From an uncultured Verrucomicrobiae bacterium (GTDB taxonomy: Bacteria; Verrucomicrobiota; Verrucomicrobiia; Limisphaerales; Palsa-1400): a stretch of DNA of 64,000 nt. Of this stretch, positions 18,834-29,983 are shown in pieces. The position numbers were made by a program, and so were the translations under genes. The stretch spans positions 384,001-448,000 of the forward strand of contig CAVXRD010000003.1 in the NCBI GenBank assembly GCA_963764165.1. Direction: 5' to 3'. Under the pieces are notes generated by a model that worked only from the letters and a program-made list of their open reading frames with translations, did not search any database and had not been told where the DNA came from. Every line of letters begins with the position of its first letter. Position 1 is the stretch's first letter.

Positions 18834-18877
18834 CCGCCCCTCTCCCTAACCCTCTCCCCGCTGCGCGGGGCGAGGGA
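18834..18877. repeat. REP-like hairpin (CCCCTCTCCCTAACCCTCTCCCCG...CGGGGCGAGGG type)
   Basis: Stem CCCTCTCCCCGC/GCGGGGCGAGGG; single intergenic copy in the window. Confidence 0.6.
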
Positions 18878-19025
18878 ATCCGCGATTCGTCGGCAGGGGA
18901 TTGCCAAAAAGTGAGATGCGCCCGTTCCGACATCCCGCTGATAATCGTGTTTGCAAATCCCGTTTCGCGCGGCGTAAAGTTTCCCAGCCGGAAATTGCCG
19001 GACGAATCGTTGTCTTGGAGATATT

Positions 19026-19565
19026 ATGAACTGGTTTACATTTGCATTGATGACCGTTGTGTCGTGGGGCCTCTACGGAGTTTTCTTGAGCATTGGCCGG
19101 GCGGCCATGAAAGACCCCGTCAATGGCCTATTCAAAGCCTTTCTATTTGTCGGTGTCGCCTACTTTTTGACAGCCATTCTGGCCCCGGTAGCCATTCTTG
19201 CCACGCGAAAGGCGGATTGGACTTTCCCCACAGGTGGAATGGGTTGGTCGCTGCTGGCAGGCATCGTTGGCGCAGCGGGCGCCTTTTTCGTGCTGCTGGC
19301 ATTTAGCTCCAAGGTTCAGGTCTTCGGCACCCTTGGAACCCCGGGCGTGGTGATGTCGATTGTTTTTGCGGGCGCGCCGATAATCAACGCCATCGTGGCC
19401 ATGTTCATTTATCCGCCGGAAGGCGGCATTAGCGCGGTTCGCTGGCAATTCTATTTGGGGATTCTCATGGCCGCCGGTGGAGGATTCATGGTGACCTATT
19501 TCAAGCCGCCTCCGGCCGTTCCGCACGGCGCGCCGCCTCCCGCCGCAGTCAAGAAAACGCCCTGA
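19026..19565 (+). CDS. Five-TM membrane protein, DMT/EamA-like
   Basis: Hydrophobic helices with SWGLYG and FAGAPIINA motifs; GGAG ribosome-binding site upstream. Confidence 0.7.
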   Translation: MNWFTFALMTVVSWGLYGVFLSIGRAAMKDPVNGLFKAFLFVGVAYFLTAILAPVAILATRKADWTFPTGGMGWSLLAGIVGAAGAFFVLLAFSSKVQVFGTLGTPGVVMSIVFAGAPIINAIVAMFIYPPEGGISAVRWQFYLGILMAAGGGFMVTYFKPPPAVPHGAPPPAAVKKTP

Positions 19566-19571
19566 GGCCCG

Positions 19572-20843
19572 ATGCCTGGCAACGTCTTCACGCGCGACGA
19601 GATGGCAGCCCATCAACTCGCGCTGTTGCGCCAATGCCTGGCAAAAATTCTCCCGGGAAACGGATTTTACAGCCGCAAACTGGCGGGGGTTGACAAGAAC
19701 ATCGCCACCCTTGAGGATTTTTCCAGCCGATTTCCGCTGACAACAAAACAGGAGCTGGCCGAAGACCAGCGCCACCTTCCGCCGTTCGGCACGAACCTGA
19801 CTTTTCCGCTCGCCCGTTACACGCGCTACCACCAAACCAGCGGCACGACGAGCTCTCCACTGCGCTGGTTGGACACGCCAGAAAGCTGGCGGTGGATGGT
19901 TGGGAACTGGGAGGAGATATATGAGGCGGCCGGCGTGGCGGCGGGCGACCGTGTGTATTTTGCATTTTCATTCGGGCCCTTTATTGGCTTCTGGCTGGCG
20001 TTTGACGCGGCGCAGCACTTGGGTTGCTTGTGCATTCCCGGCGGGGGGTTGAGCACTGTCGGGCGGTTGCGCGCGATGACGGATAATCAGGCGACCGTGC
20101 TGTGCTGCACTCCAAGCTACGCAGCTCACCTCGCCGAAACGGCGGCGAAGGAGAATTTCGATCTTTCGACCTCCTCCATCCGGCTCTTGATCGTCGCGGG
20201 TGAACCGGGCGGCAGCGTTCCCGCAACACGAAAACGCCTTGAAGCGCTCTGGCCATCGGCAAGAATTTTCGACCATCACGGGATGACAGAAACGGGTCCC
20301 GTTTCCTTCGAGTGCCCGAAACATCCTGGCACGCTGCATGTTCTCGACCGCTCATACTACGCGGAAATCATCGATTCCCAAGGCAGGCCCGCCGCGAGCG
20401 GCGACGTTGGTGAATTAGTATTGACTGTATTTGGCCGCACCGGCTCCCCCCTGCTCCGCTACCGCACCGGCGATATTGTCCGCGCCGGCTATGTTTGCCC
20501 GTGCGGCTGCGGATACACCGCCCTGCCCGGCGGGTTGCTCGGGCGCACCGACGAAATGGTGATCGTTCGCGGCGTCAATGTTTATCCGACGGCCGTTGAG
20601 GACGTCCTGCGCGGATTTGCCGAAATTGTCGAATACCAGGTGCAGATCGATCGCTCGCGGGATTTGCTCGAATTGAGCCTCCGCATTGAACCATTGCAGG
20701 ACGGCGCTGAAACTCCGATGCTGGCCGACCGCGTGCAGAAGGCGCTGCACGGCGCGTTTAATTTGCGGGTCCCGGTCGAACTGGCTCCCGTTGGCAGCCT
20801 GCCGCGCTTCGAGATGAAGGCGAAGCGCTGGAAATTTGTGTAA
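19572..20843 (+). CDS. Phenylacetate-CoA ligase family adenylate-forming enzyme
   Basis: QTSGTTS, HGMTETGP, RYRTGD and GRTDEMVIVRGVNVYP motifs. Confidence 0.9.
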   Translation: MPGNVFTRDEMAAHQLALLRQCLAKILPGNGFYSRKLAGVDKNIATLEDFSSRFPLTTKQELAEDQRHLPPFGTNLTFPLARYTRYHQTSGTTSSPLRWLDTPESWRWMVGNWEEIYEAAGVAAGDRVYFAFSFGPFIGFWLAFDAAQHLGCLCIPGGGLSTVGRLRAMTDNQATVLCCTPSYAAHLAETAAKENFDLSTSSIRLLIVAGEPGGSVPATRKRLEALWPSARIFDHHGMTETGPVSFECPKHPGTLHVLDRSYYAEIIDSQGRPAASGDVGELVLTVFGRTGSPLLRYRTGDIVRAGYVCPCGCGYTALPGGLLGRTDEMVIVRGVNVYPTAVEDVLRGFAEIVEYQVQIDRSRDLLELSLRIEPLQDGAETPMLADRVQKALHGAFNLRVPVELAPVGSLPRFEMKAKRWKFV

Positions 20844-20920
20844 GACGCCAATAGTTTATTCAATTCTCTGAATTTCTGTGATGGCAATTTGCCGGACGCC
20901 CCACTAATCTGCCCGGCACC

Positions 20921-21763
20921 ATGAGATTCGGCATAAACACCTTTCTGTTTACATCGCCATTCACGACACAGAGCGTGAAGCTTTTTCCAAAATTCAAGGC
21001 GTGGGGTTTTGACACCGTCGAGATTCCCATCGAATCCCCCGAGCACATCGATCCTGTTAAAGTGAAGCGCGCGCTGGACAAAGCCGGGATCGCCTGCGGC
21101 ACCGTCTGCGCGTGCATGGGTCCTGACCGCGATTTGCGCGGCACGACGCGCCAGCAGCAAACCGGCCTCAAATACATGATGGCCGCCATCGATCAAATGG
21201 TGGACCTCGATTGCCCATCGTTAATCGGCCCGGTTTATTCGGCGGTGGGGCGCGCCGACGCCGTTCCCGCGCCGGAATACAAACAACAGTGGAAGACGGT
21301 GGTGAAAAATTTGAAAACGCTCAGCGCCTATGCGGGCGACAAGGGCAAGAAAGTCTGTCTTGAGCCGCTGAACCGTTTCGAAACGGATTTTATCAACACG
21401 TGCGAGCAGGCGTTAAACATGGTTGCTGATGTCGGCAGTCCGAATCTGCTCCTCCACCTCGACACGTTCCACATGAACGTCGAGCACAAGAACCAGCCCG
21501 CCGCCATCCGCAAGGCCGGCAAACGCCTCGGCCATTTCCACGCCTGCGGCAGCGACCGCGGGACGCCGGGCAAGGATCACATTGATTGGCCGGGAATTGC
21601 GGCGGCGCTGAAGGAAATTCACTACGACAAAGATGTTGTGATTGAATCCTTCACCACCGACGTCAAAGTGATTGCGCGCGCGGCGGCCATCTGGCGGAAA
21701 ATCGAGCCGACGCGCGACGAAATCGCAGTGGACGGACTGAAATTCTTGAAGAGCATTTTATGA
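20921..21763 (+). CDS. Sugar phosphate isomerase/epimerase (D-psicose/D-tagatose 3-epimerase-like)
   Basis: LEPLNRFET, LDTFHMNVE, HFHACGSDRGTPG and IESF metal-binding motifs. Confidence 0.9.
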   Translation: MRFGINTFLFTSPFTTQSVKLFPKFKAWGFDTVEIPIESPEHIDPVKVKRALDKAGIACGTVCACMGPDRDLRGTTRQQQTGLKYMMAAIDQMVDLDCPSLIGPVYSAVGRADAVPAPEYKQQWKTVVKNLKTLSAYAGDKGKKVCLEPLNRFETDFINTCEQALNMVADVGSPNLLLHLDTFHMNVEHKNQPAAIRKAGKRLGHFHACGSDRGTPGKDHIDWPGIAAALKEIHYDKDVVIESFTTDVKVIARAAAIWRKIEPTRDEIAVDGLKFLKSIL

Positions 21764-23277
21764 AAAAATTATTGACGATTTGTTGCCTGGCGGCATTGCT
21801 GGCGCCTTTGCGCGGCTGGGCTGAGGAAGATTTTGTCAGCATGTTCAATGGAACGGATCTGACCGGTTGGATTGGCAGCCAGGATTTGTGGTCGGTGAAG
21901 GACGGCGCGATCACGGGCGAAACTTCGCCCGAGCATCCTGCCAAGGAAAACACCTTTCTGATTTGGACCAACGGACAGCCGGGCGATTTTGAAATGCGCT
22001 GCCAGTTCCGCATTGAGGCAAAAAACAATGCCGGCTTTGCCAATTCGGGCGTCCAATTTCGCAGCAAAGTGGTGAAGCCGGATTATTGGGTCGTGGCCGG
22101 TTATCAGGCGGACATGGAGGCTGGTCCGAATTACACCGGTGGCAACTACGAGGAAAAAGGCCGCGGCATTCTAGCCATTCGCGGCCAGAAAATTCTGATT
22201 CATGCCGACGGCAAAAAGGAAGTCGTCGGCTCGTTCGGCTCCGCGGCGGATTTGCAAAAAGAAATCCACACCGGCGGCTGGAACGAATACATCATCATTG
22301 CCAAGGGAAATCACATTCAACAGTTCGTCAACGGCAAGCCGATGGTGGACATCGTTGACGAAGAGACCGGCAAAGCCGCCACCTCGGGCGTCATCGCGCT
22401 GCAATTGCATGCCGGCCAGCCGATGAAAGTGCAATTCAAAGACCTGAAAATCAAAATCTGGCCGAGCGGAAAGAAAATCGTTTTCGTGGCCGGACCGCCC
22501 AGCCATGGCCCGGGCGAGCACGAGTACCACGCCGATTGCATGCTGCTCGCGAAATGCCTGCGCGACGTGCCCGGAATTCAAACCGTCGTTTATTCTTACG
22601 GCTGGCCGACGGATTCGGGCGCATTCGAGGGCGCCGCCGCGGTTGTGCTGGCGATGGACGGCGGGCCGAACGATCCGGTTTTGAAGGACAATCACCTCGC
22701 CGATTTGGGGATGCAGATGGATCACGGTGTCGGCCTCGCCTGCATTCACTATGCGGTCGAGCCAACGAGGGAACGCGGCGAGAACGAATTTTTGCAATGG
22801 CTGGGCGGCGCGTTTGAAGTGAATTGGTCGGTGAATCCGACCTGGAAGGCGAATTTTGCAACCTTGCCGGATCATCCCATCACGCGCGGCGTGAAACCGT
22901 TTGAGATTTACGACGAATGGTATTTTCACATGCGCTTTGCAGCCTCCGGCGTGACGCCCATTCTTTCCGCCATCGCACCCGAAAGCACGATGAACCGTCC
23001 CGACGGACCGCACGAAGGAAATCAGGCGGTGCGCGATTCCGTGGCGCACGGCGAGCCGCAAGTCGTGGCTTGGGCTTTCGAACGCCCTGACGGCGGGCGC
23101 GGTTTCGGCTTCACCGGCGCGCATTACCACAAGAACTGGGCCGACGATAATTTTCGCAAAACCGTGCTGAACGCCATTCTCTGGATCGCCAAAGTCGAAG
23201 TCCCGCCCGACGGCGTCCAAAGCACCGTCTCCGAGGAAGATCTAAAGGCGAATCTCGACGACAAGCCCAAAAGGTAG
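21760..23277 (+). CDS. Secreted DUF1080 (3-keto-disaccharide hydrolase-like) plus ThuA-like fusion protein
   Basis: Signal peptide; FNGTDLTGW, NSGVQFRS and GVIALQLH (DUF1080); KKIVFVAGPPSHGPGEHE, DEWYF and FTGAHYHKNW (ThuA-like). Confidence 0.85.
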   Translation: MKKLLTICCLAALLAPLRGWAEEDFVSMFNGTDLTGWIGSQDLWSVKDGAITGETSPEHPAKENTFLIWTNGQPGDFEMRCQFRIEAKNNAGFANSGVQFRSKVVKPDYWVVAGYQADMEAGPNYTGGNYEEKGRGILAIRGQKILIHADGKKEVVGSFGSAADLQKEIHTGGWNEYIIIAKGNHIQQFVNGKPMVDIVDEETGKAATSGVIALQLHAGQPMKVQFKDLKIKIWPSGKKIVFVAGPPSHGPGEHEYHADCMLLAKCLRDVPGIQTVVYSYGWPTDSGAFEGAAAVVLAMDGGPNDPVLKDNHLADLGMQMDHGVGLACIHYAVEPTRERGENEFLQWLGGAFEVNWSVNPTWKANFATLPDHPITRGVKPFEIYDEWYFHMRFAASGVTPILSAIAPESTMNRPDGPHEGNQAVRDSVAHGEPQVVAWAFERPDGGRGFGFTGAHYHKNWADDNFRKTVLNAILWIAKVEVPPDGVQSTVSEEDLKANLDDKPKR

Positions 23278-23525
23278 AGCCGAGATTGCGTGATTTTGCC
23301 TGTTAAGGAACTTGTTTGTAACAAGTTGAAAATCAACGAAGTGATTTTTCGCGAAGGACGCCATTATACCCAATCGCTCGGCTCAAGTTTCTTTCGTTAT
23401 GAGCCGTTCTTGAAAAAAAGGGCGGGGGCTGAGTTCGCGAATTCCAGATAAAGTTCCGGTCTTGCACGGCGTCAAGTGGCGGGAATACTAAAGTAGCCGC
23501 AATGATTCTCCGATGACGATGTGCT

Positions 23526-25289
23526 ATGGCAAAACGAAATCCATTTGGTTTCCGGGCTGGTTTCGGTTGCCTGGCGCACCTTCGACTCTGCTTCACGGTG
23601 GCCGCAATTTGCTGCCTGTCCCCTTTGCGAGCTTCGGCGCAGGCGGCTTTCACCGCGCTCTACACGTTTTCAGCCAGCTACACCACTCCGGTCGGAACTT
23701 ACCCGTTCGGATTGGCACTTTCGGCCAATGGCTATTTTTACGGGGTCTGTGTCAATGCGGGCGCCGATGAGTGGGGCGCCATCTATCAAATGTCCGCCAC
23801 TGGCGCGGCGACGGGAATCTATGAATTCACGGACAAGGCTGATGGCGCAGAGCCGAGCGCGGGGCTTGTCCTCGGAACAAACGGACTTTATTACGGTATG
23901 GCCGCGTCGGGAGGGTCGAACGGTTATGGCAGCATTTTCAGCGTCAAGACGAACGGCACATTCACCTCCCTTCACGCGTTCGCGGCGCTCAAGGTCAAAA
24001 CCGGCACGTCGCTGGTCACAAATTCCGACGGGTCGAACCCGGAATACGCGCTAGTGCTGAACACCAACAACAATAATTTCTATGGCACTTGTCCCGAAGG
24101 CGGAACCAACAGTTTTGGCTCGATTTTTCAAATGACGCATCAAGGCAAGGTCACCGTTTTCTATGCGTTCTCCAATTTGGTCGATGGGGGCACGCCACTG
24201 GGTCCGCTAATGGTTTACACGAATGGGTACATTTTTGGCACAGCGGCGGGAGGCGGATCGAACGGGTGCGGGACGGTCTTCAAGATGAGTTCCAACGGCG
24301 TTTACAAGGCGATCTATTCATTCACCAACGGCGTGGACGGCGCCACTCCCCAAGGCCCGCTGGTCGATGGCAAAGACGGATTCCTCTACGGAACCTGCTC
24401 GGCAGGCGGAACGTACGACACCGGCACGATTTTCAAAATCACGACCAACGGCGTCCTGACGCCGCTCTATTCGTTTAGCGAGGGGACAAATTTTCCGTCC
24501 ACCGGCGGCGTGCAAAACGAATATAATTCCGACGGCATCAATCCGAATTATCTTTTGCTTGGCAGCGATAATAATTTTTACGGGCTGTGCTATTACGGCA
24601 GCCTCAACGGTTCCGGCTCGGTCTTTCAATTCACGCGTTCCGGGACATTTAACCTGCTCTACGCGTTTAACTATTCGGCCAACAACCAGGTTGCCAATGT
24701 CGATGGCGCGAATCCGACAGGCCTGTTCATGCATCCGAACGGCAATTTTTACGGAGTGTGCAAGGACGGCGGCATCAACCAAAACGGCACGTTCTTCACC
24801 ATTGGCCTGCCGCCGACCATTACGACACAGCCGACGAATGTTTCAATTTCGCTGGGCAGCAACGCGGTCTTTGCGGTGGCCGCGGCGTCCACCCCGGCGT
24901 GCCAATGGCAATTTGACGGCACCAATCTTCCGAACGCGACGAATTATTCGCTCCACATCACGAACGCGCAAATCGCCAATGCCGGTTTTTACGATGCGGT
25001 TCTGACGAACATCAACGGCGCAGTCACCAGCGCGGTGGTCACACTGAATCTGACGAATGTGCAGGTTTCCTTCATGGCCGGCGCGAGCGCGCTGCAATAC
25101 AGCGGCGGGCAATTTTCGATGTATTTGACAAACCTCACCGGCCAGGGCGAAGTGATCGTGCAATCCTCGTCTGACCTCAAGAACTGGACGGGAATTTTTA
25201 CGAATCCACCTGGCTTTGGCTCTCTTCCGATTGTCGATACAAACGGAGCCATTAATAAGTGGCAATTTTACCGGATGGTGGTGCCGTAG
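23526..25289 (+). CDS. Secreted GloVer (Gloeo_Verruco) tandem-repeat protein with Ig domain
   Basis: About 7 repeats of DG..P...L....G.FYG....GG....G.(I/V)F; PTITTQP Ig domain; C-terminal VQSSSDLKNWT...FYR. Confidence 0.9.
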   Translation: MAKRNPFGFRAGFGCLAHLRLCFTVAAICCLSPLRASAQAAFTALYTFSASYTTPVGTYPFGLALSANGYFYGVCVNAGADEWGAIYQMSATGAATGIYEFTDKADGAEPSAGLVLGTNGLYYGMAASGGSNGYGSIFSVKTNGTFTSLHAFAALKVKTGTSLVTNSDGSNPEYALVLNTNNNNFYGTCPEGGTNSFGSIFQMTHQGKVTVFYAFSNLVDGGTPLGPLMVYTNGYIFGTAAGGGSNGCGTVFKMSSNGVYKAIYSFTNGVDGATPQGPLVDGKDGFLYGTCSAGGTYDTGTIFKITTNGVLTPLYSFSEGTNFPSTGGVQNEYNSDGINPNYLLLGSDNNFYGLCYYGSLNGSGSVFQFTRSGTFNLLYAFNYSANNQVANVDGANPTGLFMHPNGNFYGVCKDGGINQNGTFFTIGLPPTITTQPTNVSISLGSNAVFAVAAASTPACQWQFDGTNLPNATNYSLHITNAQIANAGFYDAVLTNINGAVTSAVVTLNLTNVQVSFMAGASALQYSGGQFSMYLTNLTGQGEVIVQSSSDLKNWTGIFTNPPGFGSLPIVDTNGAINKWQFYRMVVP

Positions 25290-25376
25290 CAATGTTCTTC
25301 TGGAGAGTGGCCGCTGGCGTCAGCGCCCGAAGTCGGCAATCTTTTTTCCATGACAGTGGAAATTCTGGAAAACGAG

Positions 25377-26024
25377 TTAAGAGGCCTCCCGGAATTGGCC
25401 AGTTTGAACTCGCATCGGTGCGTGGGAAATGCCGCAGTTCCGGGGCAATTTCAAATAATTCGACGCGAACCCGCCACTGACTTCGTTCTTGCTTGCGAAC
25501 AATTTCTGGACCGCCGAAGCGATCCGGTCATCAATTCCCGGCTGGCCAATCTTGGAAAACAACGCCGGATAACTTGGGTCGCAGCAAAAGCTGACGTTGG
25601 TAGTTAGATTGGTGTTGACGTACTCCGGGTTTGGAATGATGACCGGCACATCGTACCTAGTGGAATCAGCAAAAGTGCTAACCACGCCATTGCGGATCGT
25701 CTCGCCCGAGGCTTGGAGAACAAATGGAGCGGCCATCGCCACAATAGCGTAATTGCCATTCGGGAATTTCCACAACGCGCCCCCGTATTTTTTAATCCTA
25801 AGCTCCCAGATTGTGTTGGCCAAACGTCGTGCCGCTTCAGGAGTAATCGTGAAGGTCTGATTCGTAGTATCAATGGACACGAAATCCTTATCGGTCAGCA
25901 CGGGTGGGAATATGGGCTGTCTTGCGCTGTCCAAAAGCGATATGGACAAAAGATTGGTCGTTGCTTCCACCGCATTGGGAATGCAGAACACCAAAAGCGC
26001 CAATAATGTAAAAAGCCCTTTCAT
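25377..26024 (-). CDS. Hypothetical secreted protein
   Basis: MKGLFTLLALLVFCIPNAVEA signal peptide; long ORF filling the gap between two genes. Confidence 0.6.
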   Translation of the reverse strand: MKGLFTLLALLVFCIPNAVEATTNLLSISLLDSARQPIFPPVLTDKDFVSIDTTNQTFTITPEAARRLANTIWELRIKKYGGALWKFPNGNYAIVAMAAPFVLQASGETIRNGVVSTFADSTRYDVPVIIPNPEYVNTNLTTNVSFCCDPSYPALFSKIGQPGIDDRIASAVQKLFASKNEVSGGFASNYLKLPRNCGISHAPMRVQTGQFREAS

Positions 26025-26119
26025 AGGCACATTCTCTTTCATGTCCCCGACTATGCTTTCAACTCCGCGAATGCCCAAAAATCCATAATGGGCTCAACGG
26101 AGTTTCGCCCTGCCGTACA

Positions 26120-27532
26120 TTAGACTTCCCAGCCCTTGCGATATTTTCCGCGGATGAGTTCTTTCGCCTCGGGCGCGTTTGTCACGCGCAGATGCTTGGA
26201 ATCCCAATGCAGTTTCTTGCCCAAGCGAATTGCGAGATTGCCTAGCAAAACCCACTCGGTGAATGGGCCGGAGATTTCAAAATTGGAGCACGCCGCGGGT
26301 CCGCCTTTGCACGCGCGGATCCAGTCTTTGTGCGGGCTGTCATCTGGCACGCGCGGAATTGTTTGCGGCGGACGCTTGTAATCGGCCATGGTGGATTCTG
26401 GAAGCAACTTCGGGCTGGCTCCGTAAACGCCAGCAATCAGTTTGCCTTTGTCGCCGATAAAAAGAATTCCGTTGCTGTCCAATTTTTCCGCTTCCATTTC
26501 GGCTGGTTTCGGCGGCTTCTGGCCGGAGTCATACCACGTCAATGTGCAAGGCGGCATCTCACCCCGCGCGGGAAATTCGTAGCGCAAAATCGACATCTCC
26601 GGCGGCATTTCCGGCACGATCTGCGATGATGAAACCATCTCCACTGTATCGGGCGGCCCGAGTTTCAGGGCCATTTGCGGGCAATCCATGATGTGGCAAG
26701 CCATGTCGCCCAGCGCGCCGCAGCCGAAATCCCACCAACCGCGCCAATCGAATGGATGATAAACATTCTTGCCGAGACGCGTTTGAAATTGCGCGGGCCA
26801 TTCGTGGAGAAAAGGCCGCATCGGTGCTGGCCCAATCCACAAATCCCAATCGAGATAGGCGGGCACCGGGTCGGAGCCAGGCGGACGCGTTGTGCCCTGC
26901 GCCCACCAACCTTTGGCGCGGTCGGTCCAGCAATGGACTTCGCGCACCTGGCCGATGGCGCCGGACCAAATCATTTCGCACATCTCGCGAATGCCCTTGC
27001 CCGAATGGCCCTGGTTGCCCATTTGCGTGGCCACGCCCATCTTGCGCGCCGCCAGCGTCAATTGCCGCGCCTCCCAAACCGTGTGCGTCAGCGGTTTCTC
27101 GACGTAAACGTGCTTGCCCGCATGAATCGCGCGAATCGCCGCCGGGGCGTGATGATGATCGGGCGTGGCGACAGTGACGGCGTCGATAGTCTTCTCCTTT
27201 TCCAGCATGACACGATAATCGCGATACGTCCGTGCGCCCGGATACAATTTCAATGCGTCATGCAGGCTGTTCTCATCCACGTCGCACAGCGCGACAATGT
27301 TTTCTCCAGAGACGCCCTTCAAATCCGCCGCGGCGCGGCCATTTGTGCCGATGCCGGCAATATCGAGTTTTTCGTTGGGCGATTTGAAATTGGGCCGCGC
27401 CATCAATTCCGGCACGGACAAGCCGAGCGCGCCCGCGGCCAGAGCCGTCGTGTAAATAAAGTGGCGGCGATTGATTTGCAGTGTAGACCGTTCGGTGCGA
27501 ACGACTTTGAATGAGCTGTTTTCATCAGGCAT
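26120..27532 (-). CDS. Gfo/Idh/MocA family oxidoreductase with Tat signal
   Basis: NRRHFIY twin-arginine motif; GKHVYVEKPL, TQMGNQG and GALGDMACH. Confidence 0.92.
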   Translation of the reverse strand: MPDENSSFKVVRTERSTLQINRRHFIYTTALAAGALGLSVPELMARPNFKSPNEKLDIAGIGTNGRAAADLKGVSGENIVALCDVDENSLHDALKLYPGARTYRDYRVMLEKEKTIDAVTVATPDHHHAPAAIRAIHAGKHVYVEKPLTHTVWEARQLTLAARKMGVATQMGNQGHSGKGIREMCEMIWSGAIGQVREVHCWTDRAKGWWAQGTTRPPGSDPVPAYLDWDLWIGPAPMRPFLHEWPAQFQTRLGKNVYHPFDWRGWWDFGCGALGDMACHIMDCPQMALKLGPPDTVEMVSSSQIVPEMPPEMSILRYEFPARGEMPPCTLTWYDSGQKPPKPAEMEAEKLDSNGILFIGDKGKLIAGVYGASPKLLPESTMADYKRPPQTIPRVPDDSPHKDWIRACKGGPAACSNFEISGPFTEWVLLGNLAIRLGKKLHWDSKHLRVTNAPEAKELIRGKYRKGWEV

Positions 27533-27608
27533 AATTCTCAATTAACCCAACTCGCGCGGAAAAAGCCAGACCCATCTAAATCGCGGGCGGCGGCAAAAAA
27601 ATAAAAAG

Positions 27609-27991
27609 TTTGAACAGGAGGAAGACCGAGGGCGCGGAGATGAAATAAAATCGTTGGGGCGAAAGGAGGCGCGATTGAAAGTGCGCGCTGGGCGCAGGCC
27701 GACAGGCGGAGCGCGGCTGTGTCGAAGACCAGCCGCAGCCGCTCCGACATAAATGGCGCGTGGAATGATTTCCGGCGGCTCGTCAGTCGCGGTTTCGAAG
27801 TTTTGACATGGTTTTCGGAGATGGCCATCGCAAGATTTGTTTTCGGTAGTTTGAGTGTTGCTGCGGCTGGTCTTCGACACAGCCGCGCTCAAAACGAAAT
27901 CCGCGGCAATCTCACCTACGCCTCACCCACTTTCGATCGCAACCGCAAAAAAGGCCTTTTTCTCTGTTCTCTCTGCTATCCTCCTGTTCAA
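27609..27991. repeat. Nested inverted repeats: outer family C (TTGAACAGGAG..GAG..GAGA) enclosing a family B doublet
   Basis: Outer arms 27609-27640 and 27961-27991; inner perfect 31-bp inverted repeat GAGCGCGGCTGTGTCGAAGACCAGCCGCAGC at 27709-27739 and 27860-27890. Confidence 0.85.
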
Positions 27992-28009
27992 TTTCAGAGT
28001 CCTGCGCAC

Positions 28010-28987
28010 CTAAATCGCGAGATGGCAAGCGGCTGAGTGGCCGGGGCTAATCTCCCGCAACGCAGGCACTTCGCGCTTGCAACGGTCTTCGGCAATGGGA
28101 CAGCGCGGGTGGAACGGGCAGCCGGGAGGGGGACGGATGGGTGATGGCATTTCGCCAGGGACCACGACGCGCGCTTTTTGTTTGCGTGGGTCCATTTCTG
28201 GAACGGCGGAGATCAATGCTTGCGTGTAGGGATGTTTTGGATTGCCCACCACTTCGGCGGAAGGGCCAATTTCCACCACCTTTCCCAAATACATCACCAT
28301 GATTCGCCTGCTGATGCGTTCGACCACGGCCAAATCGTGCGCGACGAAAAGATAAGCCACGCCGCGCTGCTCCTGAAGGTCTTGCAGAAGGTTCACAATT
28401 TGCGCCTGCACGGAAACGTCCAGCGCGCTCACCGGCTCGTCGCAAATAATCAATTTCGGATCCACCGCCAACGCCCGCGCAATGCCGATGCGCTGGCGCT
28501 GCCCGCCGCTGAATTCATGCGGATACGAATCGGCATCCGCGCCATTCAATCCGACCGATTCCAAAAGCGCCCTCACGCGATCGTTCTGATCCTTGGCGCT
28601 TGCGGCCAGACCGTGAATTTCCAGCGCTTCGCCGATGATATGCCCGACCGTCATGCGCGGATCGAGCGAGTTGAATGGATCCTGGAAAATCATCTGCCAC
28701 TTGCGGCGGCGCGAGCGCAACTGTGCCGCATCCCATCGCGTGATGTCCTCGCCGTCAAGAAGAATGCTCCCGGAAGTCGGCTCAAGGAGGCGCATGAGCG
28801 CGCGGCCGAGCGTCGTTTTGCCGCAGCCGCTTTCCCCGGCCAAGCCAAGCGTCTCGCCAGCGGAGAGCGAAAAACTTACGCCGTCGACCGCTTTGACCCA
28901 TTCGCGGGTCTTGCTCAAAATGCTGTGCTTGACAGGAAAATGAACCTTCAAATCCTTCACCTCCAGCAATGGCGCGGCGGAGTTCAT
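28010..28987 (-). CDS. Oligopeptide/dipeptide ABC transporter ATP-binding protein (OppF/DppF-like)
   Basis: [29 protein letters not shown] and [13 protein letters not shown] overlap with the upstream ATPase. Confidence 0.93.
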   Translation of the reverse strand: MNSAAPLLEVKDLKVHFPVKHSILSKTREWVKAVDGVSFSLSAGETLGLAGESGCGKTTLGRALMRLLEPTSGSILLDGEDITRWDAAQLRSRRRKWQMIFQDPFNSLDPRMTVGHIIGEALEIHGLAASAKDQNDRVRALLESVGLNGADADSYPHEFSGGQRQRIGIARALAVDPKLIICDEPVSALDVSVQAQIVNLLQDLQEQRGVAYLFVAHDLAVVERISRRIMVMYLGKVVEIGPSAEVVGNPKHPYTQALISAVPEMDPRKQKARVVVPGEMPSPIRPPPGCPFHPRCPIAEDRCKREVPALREISPGHSAACHLAI

Positions 28988-29940
28988 GGGCAATTCCAGT
29001 ACGGGCAGCGCACTTGCCGCCCCGGTTCGACGGTGATTAATTCGGGAGCATTCGTCGCGCAATCGGGCCGCGCCATCGAACATCGCGGATGAAACCGGCA
29101 GCCCGACGGCGTTGCGCCGGGGCGCGGGACGTTGCCGGGAATATTGGCAAGGCGCCCTTGGGACGCTCCGAGCTTCGGCGCCGCCGCAATCAACGCGCGC
29201 GTGTACGGATGAAGCGGTTTTCGCAACAAGTCCCGCGCAGGCGCGGTCTCCACGATCTGCCCCGCATACATCACCGCGACGCGATCCGCCATTTGCCCGA
29301 CGATGCCGAGATTATGCGTGATGAGAAGGAGGCTCATGCAAAGGCGCTGCTGAATTTCCTTCAGCAAATCGAGAATCTGCGCCTGGATGGTGACGTCGAG
29401 CGCGGTCGTCGGCTCGTCGGCCACGAGAAGTTTGGGTTCGGCGGCAAGCGCCATGGCGATCATCACGCGCTGTTGCATGCCGCCGGACATTTCGTGCGGA
29501 TAATTTTTCGCGCGTGATTCGGGCGCGGGAATTCCCACCAGCTTCAGCAGCCGCGCCACTTCGGCGTCAGTTGCTTTCGCAGGCTGGTGCAATTTCAGAG
29601 ACTCCTTGATCTGCCGTCCCACGCGAAAAACAGGATTCAACGAAGCGCCCGGTTCCTGAAAAATATAACTGACACCTGACCCGCGAAGCGCACGCAGATC
29701 TTTCGGCTTTGCCTTGAGAACATCCTGGCCATCGAACCAAATTTCTCCGCCCGCGTAAACCGCCGGAGGCGAAGCGAGCAATCTGCCGATGCTCAGCGCC
29801 GTCACGCTCTTGCCCGAACCGCTTTCGCCGACCAGGCCAAGCGTCTCGCCGGCGCCGATGGAAAACCCGACACCATCCACCACCCGGACAGACCCGCGGT
29901 CTGAGCGGAATTCGATTTGCAGATTTTTAATCTCCAGCAA
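28984..29940 (-). CDS. Oligopeptide/dipeptide ABC transporter ATP-binding protein (OppD/DppD-like)
   Basis: [26 protein letters not shown] and GCRFHPRC; start uncertain, TTG at 29940 chosen. Confidence 0.92.
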   Translation of the reverse strand: MLEIKNLQIEFRSDRGSVRVVDGVGFSIGAGETLGLVGESGSGKSVTALSIGRLLASPPAVYAGGEIWFDGQDVLKAKPKDLRALRGSGVSYIFQEPGASLNPVFRVGRQIKESLKLHQPAKATDAEVARLLKLVGIPAPESRAKNYPHEMSGGMQQRVMIAMALAAEPKLLVADEPTTALDVTIQAQILDLLKEIQQRLCMSLLLITHNLGIVGQMADRVAVMYAGQIVETAPARDLLRKPLHPYTRALIAAAPKLGASQGRLANIPGNVPRPGATPSGCRFHPRCSMARPDCATNAPELITVEPGRQVRCPYWNCP

Positions 29941-29983
29941 CGGCAGGAAAGTTACGGTTCTGCGCCAGCCTATGACGAGGTTA

